Shown in pieces: positions 24,863 to 38,224 of a DNA stretch of 64,000 nucleotides. Source of the stretch: Lama glama. Taxonomy: Eukaryota. The stretch lies in the NCBI GenBank assembly GCA_028534125.1, contig CM052818.1:18602001-18666000 (forward strand), given 5' to 3'. The notes below the pieces were generated by a model. The model saw only the letters and a program-made list of their open reading frames with translations. It was not told where the DNA came from and ran no database searches. The translations under genes were made by a program, and so were the position numbers. Within the stretch, counting starts at the first letter, position 1; each line of letters starts with the position of its first letter.

Positions 24863-25900
24863 CTTAAAAAGGAGAAAACAAAACTAAGTATAAGAGAATC
24901 CAAATCTCCTTTAAAAAAAAATTTCATGCACAACAGGCTGGGAGGAAATACAGCAATATGTTAACAGTGGTTATCTCTAGGAGTTTCTTTTGTTTTTCAG
25001 TTTTGTTTCCTATAATAAATATGTGTTCTTTTATTTTTAAAAATTAAATATGTCTTGCTTTATTTTAACTCTAGCTCTTTCCCCACTATTGCTTATATGG
25101 CACATTTTGAGACACAAACAGGCAACCAATATTTACTCCATAAATATCTCCCATTGTTTGATAAATTACAGTGTTACCAACCCAAATTGAGATTTTAAAC
25201 AAATTTAATCAGGGAGAATGTATTTCATACACTTAAGATATAAGATACCATATAACAACAAGACAAGACTATCCAAAAAAGGGTTCAATAACTTGAAAAG
25301 TTTCCAAATTTCTCCCCCTCTTTCCTTTAAAATAATACTAAAGGAAGAAAGAAGAAATTTATTTTTTGAGCATTGAGTCGGGTGCTTTGTTTAAACTCTG
25401 CAACAATCCAAAGAATAGGTACGACTCTCTTTCAAATCAAGAAACAGTTCTCTGAAAAGCAGAGATTAGTTAATATCGAAATTTTTCAAATATTTTATAC
25501 ACTCTCCAATAAGAAAGAAGGCAATGGTTGATTAATCTAATCTTTAGTTTTTCTTGATTCCAGCCAGCAGGGACACATACGTTATTTTTTTTTTTTTGTC
25601 AAAATTCAGATAACTGGCTTGAACTAGAGAAAACCTACATTAAAGTATCTTATACAATGTTGGAAAAGAGAACTGGAAATGAAATACAGAACAGGCTTTG
25701 TACCTGCGACAGCAGACAGGCTTACTGTCTTTTGTGGGAGACTGCCTCCATAACAATAGCCCATTTATTATTATTTTTAAGTAAGTTTTATGAAATGTTC
25801 CTATAACCTCAATAAATTCAGGTATTTAAAATCACGAAAGGTAACATCCAGAAGTCAGTACCAATACTAAAAACAAAATATTTTTAGACTATACTCTTAC

Positions 25901-25985
25901 CGGATGCAGTCTGTAGTGTCACACCTGCTGGTACATGAATAGGATAACCAGGAAAAGCAAAGTGTGCACTGGAGTTTGAGGTGCC
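25901..25985 (-). CDS. GTF2A1L: GTF2A1L exon equivalent to human exon 5 (85 nt): GTSNSSAHFAFPGYPIHVPAGVTLQTAS(G)
   Basis: tctag|GGC ACC...TCC G|gtaaga; phase 0/1 fits both neighbouring exons. Confidence 0.96.
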
Positions 25986-26738
25986 CTAGACATGAAAATT
26001 TTATATTAGTTAGAAAAGGGCTTTACTTGAATCTTTTTTTCCTGATCTCATAGAGTAAAAAAAAATTTGATTCACATCCACAATATAATGGTAACACAAC
26101 ATTAGGGTGAGTTCTCTGAATAAAACAGCTTTTTATTATTTGATTTAGATCATCTCATTAAAAATAAAAGGAATTCTGTTCTATGGCTATTAGCAATGAA
26201 GCCAGTAAGTCTTCATAAACAATGTGAGCATGGATTCATTAAACTTGCCCACTACATGGCACTGCCTGGTACACTGATCCTCAAGATGTCAAATATAAGA
26301 ACCACAGTTACTAGAATCCTCTAGTCTGTAAGTTGATCATAAATAGCATTTTAAAGTAGACAACATAATAGTGTATAATTTTTATTTGGGAATAATTAAA
26401 CCTTAGGTTTTAAAATTTTAAATACTAAATCAAAAGACAAAGAAACATTTTTGCCTATTAGACCTGCAAACATTTAAAAGATTGATTAGTAATATCCAAT
26501 GTTGGTAAAGATGTGATAAAAATCAGTTCTCTCAAACCATTGTTTATATTAGTGTATATGGTACTATCCTTTTGGAGGACAACTTTGCTATATATACCAA
26601 AATTGGTAACATGCATGATCCTTGACCCAGAAATTCTACTTCTAAGAATTTATCCTGATTACCTGATTATCACACAAATATACAGACATACCTACAAGTA
26701 TAATCAATGGAACTCTATATTAGAAAAATACTAGGACA

Positions 26739-26808
26739 GGGAGGGTACAGCTCAGTGGTAGAGTGCAGTGCTTAGCATGCACGAGGGTTCAATCCCTGGT
26801 ACCTCTAT

Positions 26809-26856
<48 letters not shown>

Positions 26857-26900
26857 CCAAGCAAGCAAGCCTAATCACCTACCCCCTAAAAAAAATTTTT
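26739..26900 (+). mobile_element. tRNA-derived vic-1-like SINE with expanded (TAAA)n
   Basis: gggagggtacagctcagtggtagagtgc...ggttcaatccc; approximate TSD agaaaaatactagga / agagaaatactagaa; sits in an old L1 3' fragment. Confidence 0.85.
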
Positions 26901-28031
26901 TAAGAGAAATACTAGAAATAATTTAAATGTCCATAAACAAAAGATTGGTTAATTAAATTGTGATATATCTACTAAGGCTAATCAATATTTAACTGGTATT
27001 GAAAAGAGTCCACCTATACTACCAAGTTTAAAAAACAAAAATTACAGAAACAGTACAGAGAATGATCCTACTTTTATCCTGAAAATTAATGTAACTTTCA
27101 TGAAAGAAGTCTAAATGGATACACATCATACAGTCAAAATAGTAATCTTTAGGATGTAATCTTGCAGGCGTCTTTCACTTTTTACTTTATAAATTTGCTT
27201 TTGCTTTATAAATTTATTTTCACTTTTTAGAAGTATGTTATTTCTTTACTGAGGAGAAAAGGTATTTCCAAGAATTTCAAAGGCAGAGATATTTCTTCCT
27301 ATCAAAAGCAGCATCATTCTTCCCAAAAGTCCTAGTAAGGCATATGGTTTTTGTTTCTTTAATGAAGAAATGGAAATAAATGGCCCACTAAAACCCTTCA
27401 CCCTAGAAAGGTAGCTCATGGACTGAAAGAAAACAAAAAACAGTAAGTGGATTATGTATCATCTTTTATCTTCAAAGAAAAGTAATAAAAAGTGCTATTT
27501 TCTCCCACCTGAAAACTACTCAGTTTTCTACATATAAGCTTTAATTTTATTTTCTGCTCCCAAATCCTAGGGGGAAAAATCTAATCTCTACTATACAAAA
27601 GTAAAAAAATAACCAAAATATTCTACTAAAATAAAAGAAAGAAACAAGATGCGCCTCAACTCCGAAGGGAAAAAAAATCGGAAAAAATACCATATCAAAA
27701 TATCTATTTAGGATCCACCAAGCATATAACATTATACAGTGAATTAAAACTCCATTCAATGTAACTTCAGACATTTCCTAACCTATAGGTACAGTCTTGG
27801 CAGATGCTAACAACTGCTCTGGAAGATAGGAAAAGTTGGTAAGAAAATACCAATTCTGGAACTCCTAATTTTTTGCAACACCTATTTTATAGCAGCTATT
27901 TCTGTCTCCCCACCACCTCTTTTCCCATTCAACAGGAGGATTACAAATTACATCTATGCCCAGCCTTCTGCCACCATTCACTAAAAATGGGGCACATCTC
28001 TTTTAAAATATATCTTAAACAAGCTACATAC

Positions 28032-28087
28032 CAGTTCTGCTGTGGTAAAACTGGGAAGAGTTCTAACAGCAGGAATAACTAACGATG
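28032..28087 (-). CDS. GTF2A1L: GTF2A1L exon equivalent to human exon 4 (56 nt): (A)SLVIPAVRTLPSFTTAEL
   Basis: tatgcag|CA TCG TTA GTT...GAA CTG|gtatgt; phase 1/0. Confidence 0.95.
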
Positions 28088-30392
28088 CTGCATAGAAAAC
28101 AAAATAAACATTATACATTTATTAGAATTTACTAATATAATAAAATTGCTAAGTATAGCATATTTTTTAAATGTCTTCCATCACTAACATGTTCAACCAT
28201 GATGAATTCTAAACTTTCTGATTCTAAGTGAGGTAAAAGTATTTAATTACGTCTTTTTCCAACAATTTTAGATAGAGACTTTACAACTAACCTACTTTAA
28301 GTACAAGAAGAAAATCTCATTGTAATCAAATATACTATACTACAGAAATCCATAACGAAATACCTAGGCTGTCTTTAGTAGATCAATGCAGCACTAAATC
28401 TCCATTACAACTTTTCATAAAGAAGAAAAAGTATTATTTGTTAAAGTGGCACAATTCCAAGTGACTACACTTGAGCAGAAAAATGTAACCCAACATAAAC
28501 CATTCTAAACTTTATAGGTTCAAAAGAAATTTCAATTCATTCATTTTATGAAAAGTTATTTACAGTACTTTGACCAAGTAAGAGAGCACAGCTACACAGT
28601 CTGAGAAATAAATGATGAGAACATGTCTCCTGAAGTTGTTTCATGAAACAGGTAAACTGCTAAGAAAAATACAAGTGAATAAATTCGTAGAACACCAACT
28701 CAACCTGCATTAAACCTACAATCTCATGTATCTTTCCTTTATTATCACCAATTTACTGTGCTAACTATCCCTTTGTTTATTGGACATCTAAAAGGTTGGC
28801 CAAGTAGTTGTAAATGTAATCATTTAAAAATGTCTGAAGAACAAATAGTAATGTAGGATCTCAAGTAATAATATAAGCAGTAATACAAGGATCTCAGTTG
28901 ATCAATGTAACCTTAAACCTTACCTCAAGGTTCATTTTACCTATTCGAATTTGACTGTTTAGAAGACCACTTTGCCTTTTCTTTACAAAACAAAAAATTT
29001 TAGCATTTATGCAGCATTTTTGTATTAAATGTAATGTTTCAAGTCCTTTTTTCACATACTGTATTAAGGAAAACTGCCCCCCAAGAATCCATTTCTGACG
29101 CTAGAATGGCTCCATCATATACAACAAACAGTTCAGAAGAGCAAATTTTTTTTAACTAACCATTCTTCCCATGTTAAGACAACAGAAATGAGGTTACAGA
29201 GATTGATGTTTAATGAAGTACGAAATTATTTTTATCCTCTGTCGTCTATGGCTTTGCTTATTAACAGGCATTCTTTTGGAAAGGCTAAATTAGAAAGAAA
29301 TGGAGTGGCAGGAATACAATGGTATTAGTCTTAATTAGCTGAAGTGAGCAAAGCTTATGCTGGTACATCTTAAGCTATAGCCTGAGAGGAAACAAAAAAT
29401 CTGTTAACATACTGTCTAAAGCAATTAAATGAATTTCTTGAGGAAAAATAGCAACAATTCTCCCCTTTTAAATACCTTGCAATAAATCCCAAAGGATAAA
29501 TCTCTATACTCATATAAATCAAACAGAGCTATAAGAGAGTTTTAAGAGTTTCTTTATAGCTACCAAAATAAAAGAACTGAATTAACTGAATTTTATAGTA
29601 AAGTTTAATGCAGTGCCAACTTAATTCTGATACTAAATTCACAAGTTATATGTATCACTCATATACATTCACAAATTATATACACCATTACATGTGCCTG
29701 AAACATACTTTTTAAAATATTCAAGACAGTTTCAATAATGAATTAAGTTTTAACTGAATACATGTTTTTACTTAAACCAAAAATGTCAGAATTTTGGTCT
29801 TCAGGTATATATTTCAGAAGTAGTCAATTTCACTAACAATGGGCTTTAGAATATTGAAAGAATTCAATCCCACAAATATTAAGAAATTTTGTAAAAAGAT
29901 AATATGGCACCGCATTCACATTTATAAGTGTATTTTTCCCTACACATCAAAGTCTTTGATACATAAGGCAGTTAATAAGTTAACAGTTCTTGGTCCCACT
30001 TTGAACCATTTCAAATCTTAATATTCACATCATACTATGCAGGAGGTGCAAAAACTGATAAACTTCTTTTCTGTTACTACTCTTTAGCATATAGGCATCT
30101 CCTGATGACCAAGCTGAATATTCTAACTCAAATCACCTGCAGAAACAACAGCATTGCTGAAATTTTCAACAAATCTAGGTTCAAGAACAAGTGAACATAT
30201 AGTTTGTACCTAAACTTTAGGAGTTTTAATGCTCAAAGATGAAACCCAATAAACCTCTCAATGTTACTGGGTTGTCCCCTGTTCCCCACCCCCTACAATG
30301 ACTGGATGGCTTCATCAAAAAAAATTATGTGACATGAACCCCAAATACCAGAAGGTGATTTGAACTGTCCTAAAAATAAGGCATTCTTAGAC

Positions 30393-30490
30393 AAAGTGAC
30401 TACATGTCCCATTGTGTTCAGGACAGTCCTAGTTTACACCTGTTATTCTGAGTTTATTATTAATAGAATCCCATTTCTCTCTCAAAAGTG
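30393..30490. mobile_element. MER96-like hAT MITE fragment
   Basis: 'gtgactacatgtccca...caggacagtcctagtttacacctgtt...attattaatag...ctctcaaaagtg'. Confidence 0.45.
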
Positions 30491-30506
30491 GATTATAAGC
30501 AAAAGA

Positions 30507-31006
30507 NNNNNNNNNNNNNNNNNNNNNNNNNNNNNNNNNNNNNNNNNNNNNNNNNNNNNNNNNNNNNNNNNNNNNNNNNNNNNNNNNNNNNNNNNNNNNN
30601 NNNNNNNNNNNNNNNNNNNNNNNNNNNNNNNNNNNNNNNNNNNNNNNNNNNNNNNNNNNNNNNNNNNNNNNNNNNNNNNNNNNNNNNNNNNNNNNNNNNN
30701 NNNNNNNNNNNNNNNNNNNNNNNNNNNNNNNNNNNNNNNNNNNNNNNNNNNNNNNNNNNNNNNNNNNNNNNNNNNNNNNNNNNNNNNNNNNNNNNNNNNN
30801 NNNNNNNNNNNNNNNNNNNNNNNNNNNNNNNNNNNNNNNNNNNNNNNNNNNNNNNNNNNNNNNNNNNNNNNNNNNNNNNNNNNNNNNNNNNNNNNNNNNN
30901 NNNNNNNNNNNNNNNNNNNNNNNNNNNNNNNNNNNNNNNNNNNNNNNNNNNNNNNNNNNNNNNNNNNNNNNNNNNNNNNNNNNNNNNNNNNNNNNNNNNN
31001 NNNNNN
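30507..31006. other. Assembly gap of exactly 500 N, true size unknown
   Basis: Run of N; the round length suggests a scaffold placeholder. Confidence 0.99.
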
Positions 31007-32792
31007 TATAGACTGATATTTGATAGGGTTGACCCCAGGTTATCATCAGACAAGCAGATTGTTGTAGTCATGTAATGATCACATTTCTTTTGTCAATTTT
31101 TCAAACTCAGAGGGGAAGTGTGTGGCATACACTAAAAACTTTTGATGCTAAAATTGAAATTTCAAGATTCCAAAGCCTCAGTGAAGCAATTTTAAAGGGA
31201 CTTTTTTTTTTATGTTAGTAAATAGAGAATAAAAAAGGAATGCTGAGCTTTGGTCCTTCTTTGAATATGCAGTTCTTTGAAATTACACCTGTGGCAAAGC
31301 ATAAAGCTCTTCCCCAATTGCCCATCATAGTTCAGAGCACCAGATTTTCATTTTCTCCTGATTTGTTTAGAGGCCATAATATATATTTAATGTATCATTT
31401 GTAATCAACACCAGTTTTGCAATGTTTAAGCAAATCTTAATAATCAGATTAATTTCTCTGCATTCTGTATGTTCATATTATTTTTGCCTGGAGGTTTCAG
31501 CAACACTATTACAAAAGTAAAGAAACTATTTATCTTTGCTTATTGTGAGAAAAGGCCATATCTATGAAGTCCTCTCTTTGAATAAGAATGTTTTTTAAAA
31601 TGTACTTTAGAGACAGACCATTCATTATCTTTTACATATTAAATTTTACAGTCAAATGCAGGGCATTTCAGTAACTCTAGACTCTAAATAATATATTTAT
31701 CAGTAATGAAAAATACAAGTTGGTCTATGAGCATATGGCTCAAGGCAGCAAATATTCACAATTAGTTTCTGAACATTTTTCAACCAATGCAGTAAGCCCA
31801 GCAGTACTGTGTTTTTCTGCCTCAGTTTCGTCGTTCACATCTTTCAGGAAATGAAGATCCATATAATCTCTGGCTCACCCTGTAACTTTGAAATGGTTGC
31901 AACATTAGTAGTTCTGATTTATTTATACTCTGCACTTCTGTAACATTTTCCATTTTCTAATACAACACTAAAATCAACTTACATTATTTGAACATCAGAT
32001 ACAGTTCCACCAAGATGAACCCCTCCACCTCCCCCCACCCCAACAGGATTTCAGTTAAAATGACCATGTGACACAACCCTATAGCCAACTGGTGACCTTA
32101 GCACACAGTGAAACACCGTTACCGATCACATTACTACCTATTTTTAAATGTTTTAATATTAAAGAGATGTATACATTATGTACATATGAAAATTAACAAA
32201 TATAATTAACTCAGAAAGTATGAAGGATGACTTCAAACACAATTTTCCCTATGGGTACTTTTCAACATTCTCATCAGGGTCTTGATAAGAATTCAGTAAT
32301 TTTCTAGCTAACTGATGATTCCATTTTCATGTCTTTAATCATAGTGTGTATAATCAAACATGAACATGAAATATTAGCAAGAATAATGTCTGTTGTCTCC
32401 AGTCAATTTTCCAGTCTAAATTTCTGCCTAGAGAAGATGGAGGTAAAGACCAACAAATTGAACTTAAGGTTATATGACCTGGAAAGAACCGACCAGCTTT
32501 GTTTCTACAATAACTTTACTTTTCTTCTTTCCTAATTGATCTCTTTTCCTAATTGGTCTATTGGTCTCATTTTATAAGAGGTAAATGAAAGCATCTGGAA
32601 TATTCTATATTATCTTAGGTGCTTCCACTATCAGGAGAGGCAAGGACAAGGATAATCTTTTCCTTCTGCTAAGTACAGCTTAAAAACTCTGGATATTATG
32701 TATAAAACAAATATAAGGAAACTCTGAAAGGTGGAGAGAAGTGCACAGACCAGTTAGGGACCTCACAACCCAAAGAATGACTTAGCAGTAAA

Positions 32793-32863
32793 TTCCTTCC
32801 TTCCTTCCTTCCTTCCTTCCTTCCTTCCTTCCTTCCTTCCTTCCTTTCTTTCTTTCTTTCTTT
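32793..32863. repeat. (TTCC)n(TTTC)n polypyrimidine microsatellite
   Basis: Read directly from the sequence. Confidence 0.95.
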
Positions 32864-33865
32864 CGCCTCATGTATCCTGAACTAGGTGGAGCTGGCAACT
32901 GGGAAACATCAACAGTCACAGACAAAAAAGAAGAAAAGCCTTTTTTTCTCTAGCCAAAGGACCAGAAAAGGGGCAGCAAGACAGAAAACTTTAAGACAGT
33001 AACTGCTTTAGTCCAAATACCACAGAAAAAACCTGGCCCCACCCTACCCCATGAGCAAAGGCAGAGGAGGGAGTTTAGAATTCTACTCTCACCCAGCTGT
33101 AATGAGGTGCCACCATCCCCACGACATACTGGAGACCACCTGGGGTAACATCAGATACTGGACTCGGCCTCACCCAGATGTGTAATGAGTCATCCCCAGC
33201 ACCCACTGGGGTGGTGTCAGAGAAGACCGAGACTTCCACCCCTGCTGGGTGATAGTGAGACCTCCCCCTGCAGTGTCAGACGAGGCCCTGTGAGATGGAG
33301 CTACGGTTCCCTTCTCTGTGTCAGCCAGTGTGATGTCAGTGAAAGCCTGGCGGGGGGAACGGAACTCCCACCCTCCCCAACAGTAACGAGGAGCCCCTCC
33401 CCCTGGGGCTGTCAGCAGAGGCTGAGCGGGTAACCTGGCCCTTCCCCTTCACTTGCAAAAGCAAGATGGCACTTCCACCTTCCTCCAATGGCCCCAAATC
33501 AGAGGACACCTGCTAAAACTGAAGACTTAAACAAGATCCTGAGTTTTATAATAACCAAAATGTCCAGGTTATAATTGAAAATCACTTGTCATACCAAGAA
33601 CCAGGAAAATCTCTACTTGAATGAGAAAGACAATCAATTGACACCAACACAGAAGTGACTAAGATGTAGGAATTATCTGACAAGGATCCAAAAGCAGCCT
33701 TTATAAAAATGCTTTGATGAGCAATTAAGCAAGTAACTTAATGAGCACCTCAAACAAAGGGAAAAATAGAAAGGTTCAGCAAAGAAATAGAGCTATAAAG
33801 AACCAAATGGATATATTTTAACTGAAAAATACAATAACCAAAATAAAACATTCAATGGATAGACT

Positions 33866-34318
33866 TGTTATGGGTTGAATTATGTCACCCCAAAAAAGAT
33901 GTATCGAAGTCCTAACTCCAAGTCCCTCAGAATGTGACCTTATTTGGAAATAGAGTCATTGCAGATATAATTAGTTAAGATGAGATCATACTGGAATGGG
34001 ATGGGCCCCAATCCAATATGATGGCTGCCCTTATAAGAAAAGGACAAATATACACAGAAAGAAGACAGCCGTGTGACAAGAGAGGCAGAGACTGGCATGA
34101 CACATCCACAAGCCTGGGGACACCAAGGATTCCTGGCAAACACCAGCAGCTAGAAGAGACAAGGAAGAAATTCTCCCCTGCAAGTGTCAGAGGTAGTATG
34201 ACTCTATCAACACCTTGATTTCAAACTTTGAGCCAAACGTCAAACCAAGAATAATAAACTTCTGTGAAGTTACCCAGTTCATGATAGTTTGTTTTGGCAG
34301 CCCTACAATGCTAATACA
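33866..34318 (+). mobile_element. MaLR solo LTR (MLT1B/C-like) inserted in the L1 ORF1 remnant
   Basis: TG...CA termini ('tgttatgggttgaatt' to 'gctaataca'), 'cctcagaatgtgaccttatttggaaatag' and an internal AATAAA. Confidence 0.85.
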
Positions 34319-35757
34319 GGGCTCAACAGTAGAGTGGAGATGACAGAGGACAGAATCAGTGTGAACTTGAAGACAGAACAATAGAAATACCCAATGTGAA
34401 CAACAAAGAGAAAATAGTCAATTCAAATGTAAGTGGATTTCTTATCAGAAACCATGGAGGCCAGAAAGAAGTGGCCTGGAAAAAAAAAAAGTGCTGAAAG
34501 AAAAGAACTGCCAGCCCAGAATCCCATGGTCAGTGATGATATTCTTCAGGGAAAAAAAGGGACAATCAAAACATTCTCAGAAGAAAGAAAACTAAGATTG
34601 TTTATCACCAGCAAAACTACCCTAAAAGAATAGCTCAAGGCAGTTCTTGAAATAGAAAGGAAATCATAAAAGGAGGAATATTAGGAAGGAAAGAAAAAGA
34701 ATGAAAATTAAAATATGGGTAAATATAGTAGACTTTCCTCCTTTTGAGTTTGCTAGTGGGTTTGACCATTGAAACAAAAATTGTACTATTGCCTCATGTG
34801 GTTCTCAAATTCTGTTATCAATGGGGGAGGATTAAGGAAAATAAGATTTCTTCATTTCACTGGAACTGGTTAAAATGTTGACTATGGTAGGTTATACATG
34901 TATGATGTAATACCTAGAGCAACCACTAAAAAAAGCTACACAAATAAATATACACAAAAATACTATAGATAAATCAAAATGAAATTTTAAAAAATGTATA
35001 TGTAACCAACAGGAAGGCAGGAAAAAGAGAAGAGCAATAAAGAACAGAGGGAACAAATAGAAAACCAAAAGGCACAAACCAGTGTTGGCAAGGATATGAA
35101 GAAAGTATGAAATAGTGCAGCTACTTTAGAAAACAGTTTGGCAGTTTCTTGAAAAGTTAAATATAAATTTACCATATGACCCAACAATTCCACTCATACC
35201 CAAGAGAAATGACACAAATACTTATACACGAATGTTCATAGCAGAGCTGTTGATAATAGTGAAAAAGTGGAGAAAACCCAAATGTCCATCAAGGGATGAA
35301 TGTGTGAATAAAATGTGGCATAGCCATGCAATGGAATACTATTTGACAATAAAAAGGAATGAAGTATTGATACATGCATGAACCTGAATGGACAATGTGG
35401 ATGAACCTCAAAAACATTATACTAAGTGAAAGAAGTCAGAGACAAAAATGCCTGTATTGTAAAATCTTATTTATATGAAATATCCAGAAAAGGCAAATAT
35501 ACGGAGACAGAAATTAGGTTAGCGGTTTTCTGGGGCTGGGATGAGAACAGGGAGTGATTGAAAATGAGCTTGAGGGATCTTTTGGGGGAGATGGAAATGT
35601 TCTAAAATTGACTGTGGTGATAATGGTATAATTCTGTGAATATACCAAAACCACTGAATTTAACACTTAAAACAGGTGAATTTTGTGATATGTAAATTAA
35701 TCCTTAATGAGTATTAAAAAGTATCAGGGGAGGCTCTCTTCTTTAGGTTGGATCTAA

Positions 35758-35940
35758 TTTTTTTTTTATTGTGGTAAAATACACATAACATAAAATTTGT
35801 CATCTTAACATTTTGAAGTGTCCAGTTCACTGACATTAAGTACATTTACATTGTTGTGCAACCATCACCACCATCCATCTCCAGAATTCTTTTCATCTTG
35901 CTAAAGTGAAACTCTATATGCAGAAAACAACAACTCCCCG
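35758..35940 (-). mobile_element. Short L1M 3' end
   Basis: 'ttttattgtggtaaaatacacataacataaaattt...cattgttgtgcaaccatcaccaccatccatctccagaa'. Confidence 0.8.
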
Positions 35941-36544
35941 TTTTAATTTTAGGTTGCGTTTGATTCTTATGTGGACAGGTCAAGGAAATTAAGCATCTGG
36001 TATTGTTTCAAGTGCAGGAAGAAAAGACTCCTGCAGCTACAGAATGGTTCCAAAATACTTTTAACAAAAGACAGATACTCTCATTTCATAACCAGAAATA
36101 ACACCCACGTTATCGGCTACTGAGTATTATATGAGATTACCTGCTCCCGAGGACACAGTAGGAGCAAAAGGTCTAAAGGTGCTTCCTCTTTACTCTCAGC
36201 AGCTTTCACTAACAAATTTAAATCAAATTTAAAAAATAAACATTTTAAGCTTTCCAACCCCTTGAAGACATATGGGTGTGTTTATTAAGAAAAAAATATA
36301 TTTGTAATTATAAGTGTGATAGATTTTCAATTTCTTGAGAACTAAGGCTGTGTATTATTCATCCTTGTATGACCCCTGAGTTCATAGCATAGTACCTTCA
36401 ATATGGAAAGCATTCATTTAATGCTATTGATTTGAATTTATTGTTAAACTACTGTAAAGTGGAATTTCTAGCTTATTTGTGGGGGAAAATTTGTCACTAA
36501 AATGTAACTCTCTTCAGGGGAAGTAATGCATTGATCTAAATTCA

Positions 36545-37300
36545 TCCTATCATTCATTCATTCAATATTTTTAAGCCAACATACAAATCATAAGTTCTGA
36601 CTAAGGGATCAGCACTATAGCATTGACGTTGATATTAACATCAACTACCACCACCCCTGTATTTGGGCCTCTTCCCTCAAAATAGGAAATCATTGTAGGC
36701 AGAGCCAGAAGGAGAAAATACACAAGCATTTACAATATAATGGAATTAGTACGAAAAATTATTTATAAGGAGCAACTAACCTGAATACCAGGAGGCAGGG
36801 GGGGCTTCCTGGAGCAGGACTCTTAAATTTAGATCTGTGGAATGAGTCAAGGACAAAGAAAGGTGGCAAGGAAGCGTGTTCCAGGGAGAGGGCACTGTAC
36901 AAGCCAAGCTTGGTGTGAGAGGGAACATGGTGGATTTGAGGAAATGAGGGGAGTTCGATTTGGCCGGAGGATAAAGAACAGGGAGAGCCGTGGTAAAGCT
37001 GAGGCTGGTGGGGAGGGAAGGACAGACCAGCCTTCTCCACTGACTGCAGCATGGAAGTAGATTGGAGGGTGACCACACCGGAAGCAGAGAAGCAGCTAGG
37101 GGTCTGTGGGGCAAGGAAGAATGAGCAGCTCTGTTTGAAAAGGCTGCAGCAGAAGTGATGTCCTTGGGGAAGAACGAGATCTAAGTTACTGACGTATGGC
37201 CTTGCCTGGCACTCAGTGGTACAAGGCAAAGAGGAAGAGGGGGAAAGACCCCAAGAGACTTTAGGGGGAAGGGGACAGAGCATCCACTGAAGGGGGAAAA
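36545..37300. mobile_element. L2 fragment
   Basis: 'tcattcattcattcaa' terminus, 'gggggcttcctggagcagg' and 'gttccagggagagggcactg'. Confidence 0.6.
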
Positions 37301-38071
37301 GGCAGTAAAAAGACGACAAACATCATCTAGTTCAGAATTTTATCCAAGGCCACTTCTGGTTCCAGTGTGAGTTTAATATAGAATGTGTCCTTTTCCACAA
37401 TGAGTACTTAGCAAAGCCTTTGAAAAGTGTTTCCAAATGTCTCAAAATAATCCACTGGAGAGGCAGGCTCTTGGCATTTAACAATGCCACTGTTCAAAGA
37501 TGATCTTTCCTTGTCCTTTTCATGGCACTCGAGGACCTTTGGGTGGAATTCTCTTTGAGCCGTGTGAAAATATCAAAATAAAACTCAACAGAAAAGAACA
37601 AGGGGTGCCATCTCCCAGCCCCACGCAGCCACTCATGGATCTGCAGCCTCTCTCTCAGAGACGAGAAGCAGGAAGAAACTAAATTCTACAGTGTTCACAA
37701 TTGGGTTTCCCAAATCAGAACATATCTCTTCTGTTGGAGGAGATTCATAATCTCAGTGCAAAATCATAACAATGTCCCCATTTGGGTCAGTATAGTTGAT
37801 GTTCAAGTGTTAATACCAGTAAGGAGTACATAAACTGAAGGACATGACCAAAGTACTTGAGAAAATAAAGTCGGTCATAAAGGACGCTTAAAGGGAGTTC
37901 ATAGACACCCACCCTCTGTGGGAGGGTGGAAGGTCTCTGAATCCAATTCCATTTCTGTAAAAGAAACTAAGAAATAATACCTTGGATATATAGGCCTGCC
38001 TGCCTCTGTACCCATAAACTCTGCCTTGCCTCCTGTTGCAGTGGGTGAACTGTTCACACCCTTATCTAAAT

Positions 38072-38085
38072 CAGCCCTCTGCTGG
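38072..38085 (-). promoter_or_regulatory. Candidate CTCF motif CCAGCAGAGGGCTG
   Basis: One mismatch to the CCASYAGRKGGCRS consensus; motif match only. Confidence 0.4.
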
Positions 38086-38224
38086 CGCCTCAGATCCCAG
38101 CCCCTGGCCTCTACTCAGAGATATGGTCCTAGCAGTTTTCTCCCTCTCTGTCTTCTGCATCATCACTTCTTCTTTCACTACTAGGTCACTGCCAGCATGC
38201 AGAGGTATCGACCCTCTGAGATAT

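Larger units (their letters stand above)
32642..35721 (+). mobile_element. Old L1 (L1MC/MD-like): 5'UTR, ORF1 remnants, spacer and 3' end, with almost no ORF2
   Basis: ORF1-like 'DFLSETMEARKKW...KTFSEERKLRLFITSKTTLKE'; jumps to the L1 3' end near 35075; flanked by tatcaggagaggc / tatcaggggaggc. Confidence 0.75.

Noticed and set aside
30360..31075. Four long ORFs in the ORF track
   Set aside because: Artefacts of translating through the N gap.
36759..37319. 186-aa minus-strand ORF
   Set aside because: Lies in L2-derived sequence; no recognisable domain.
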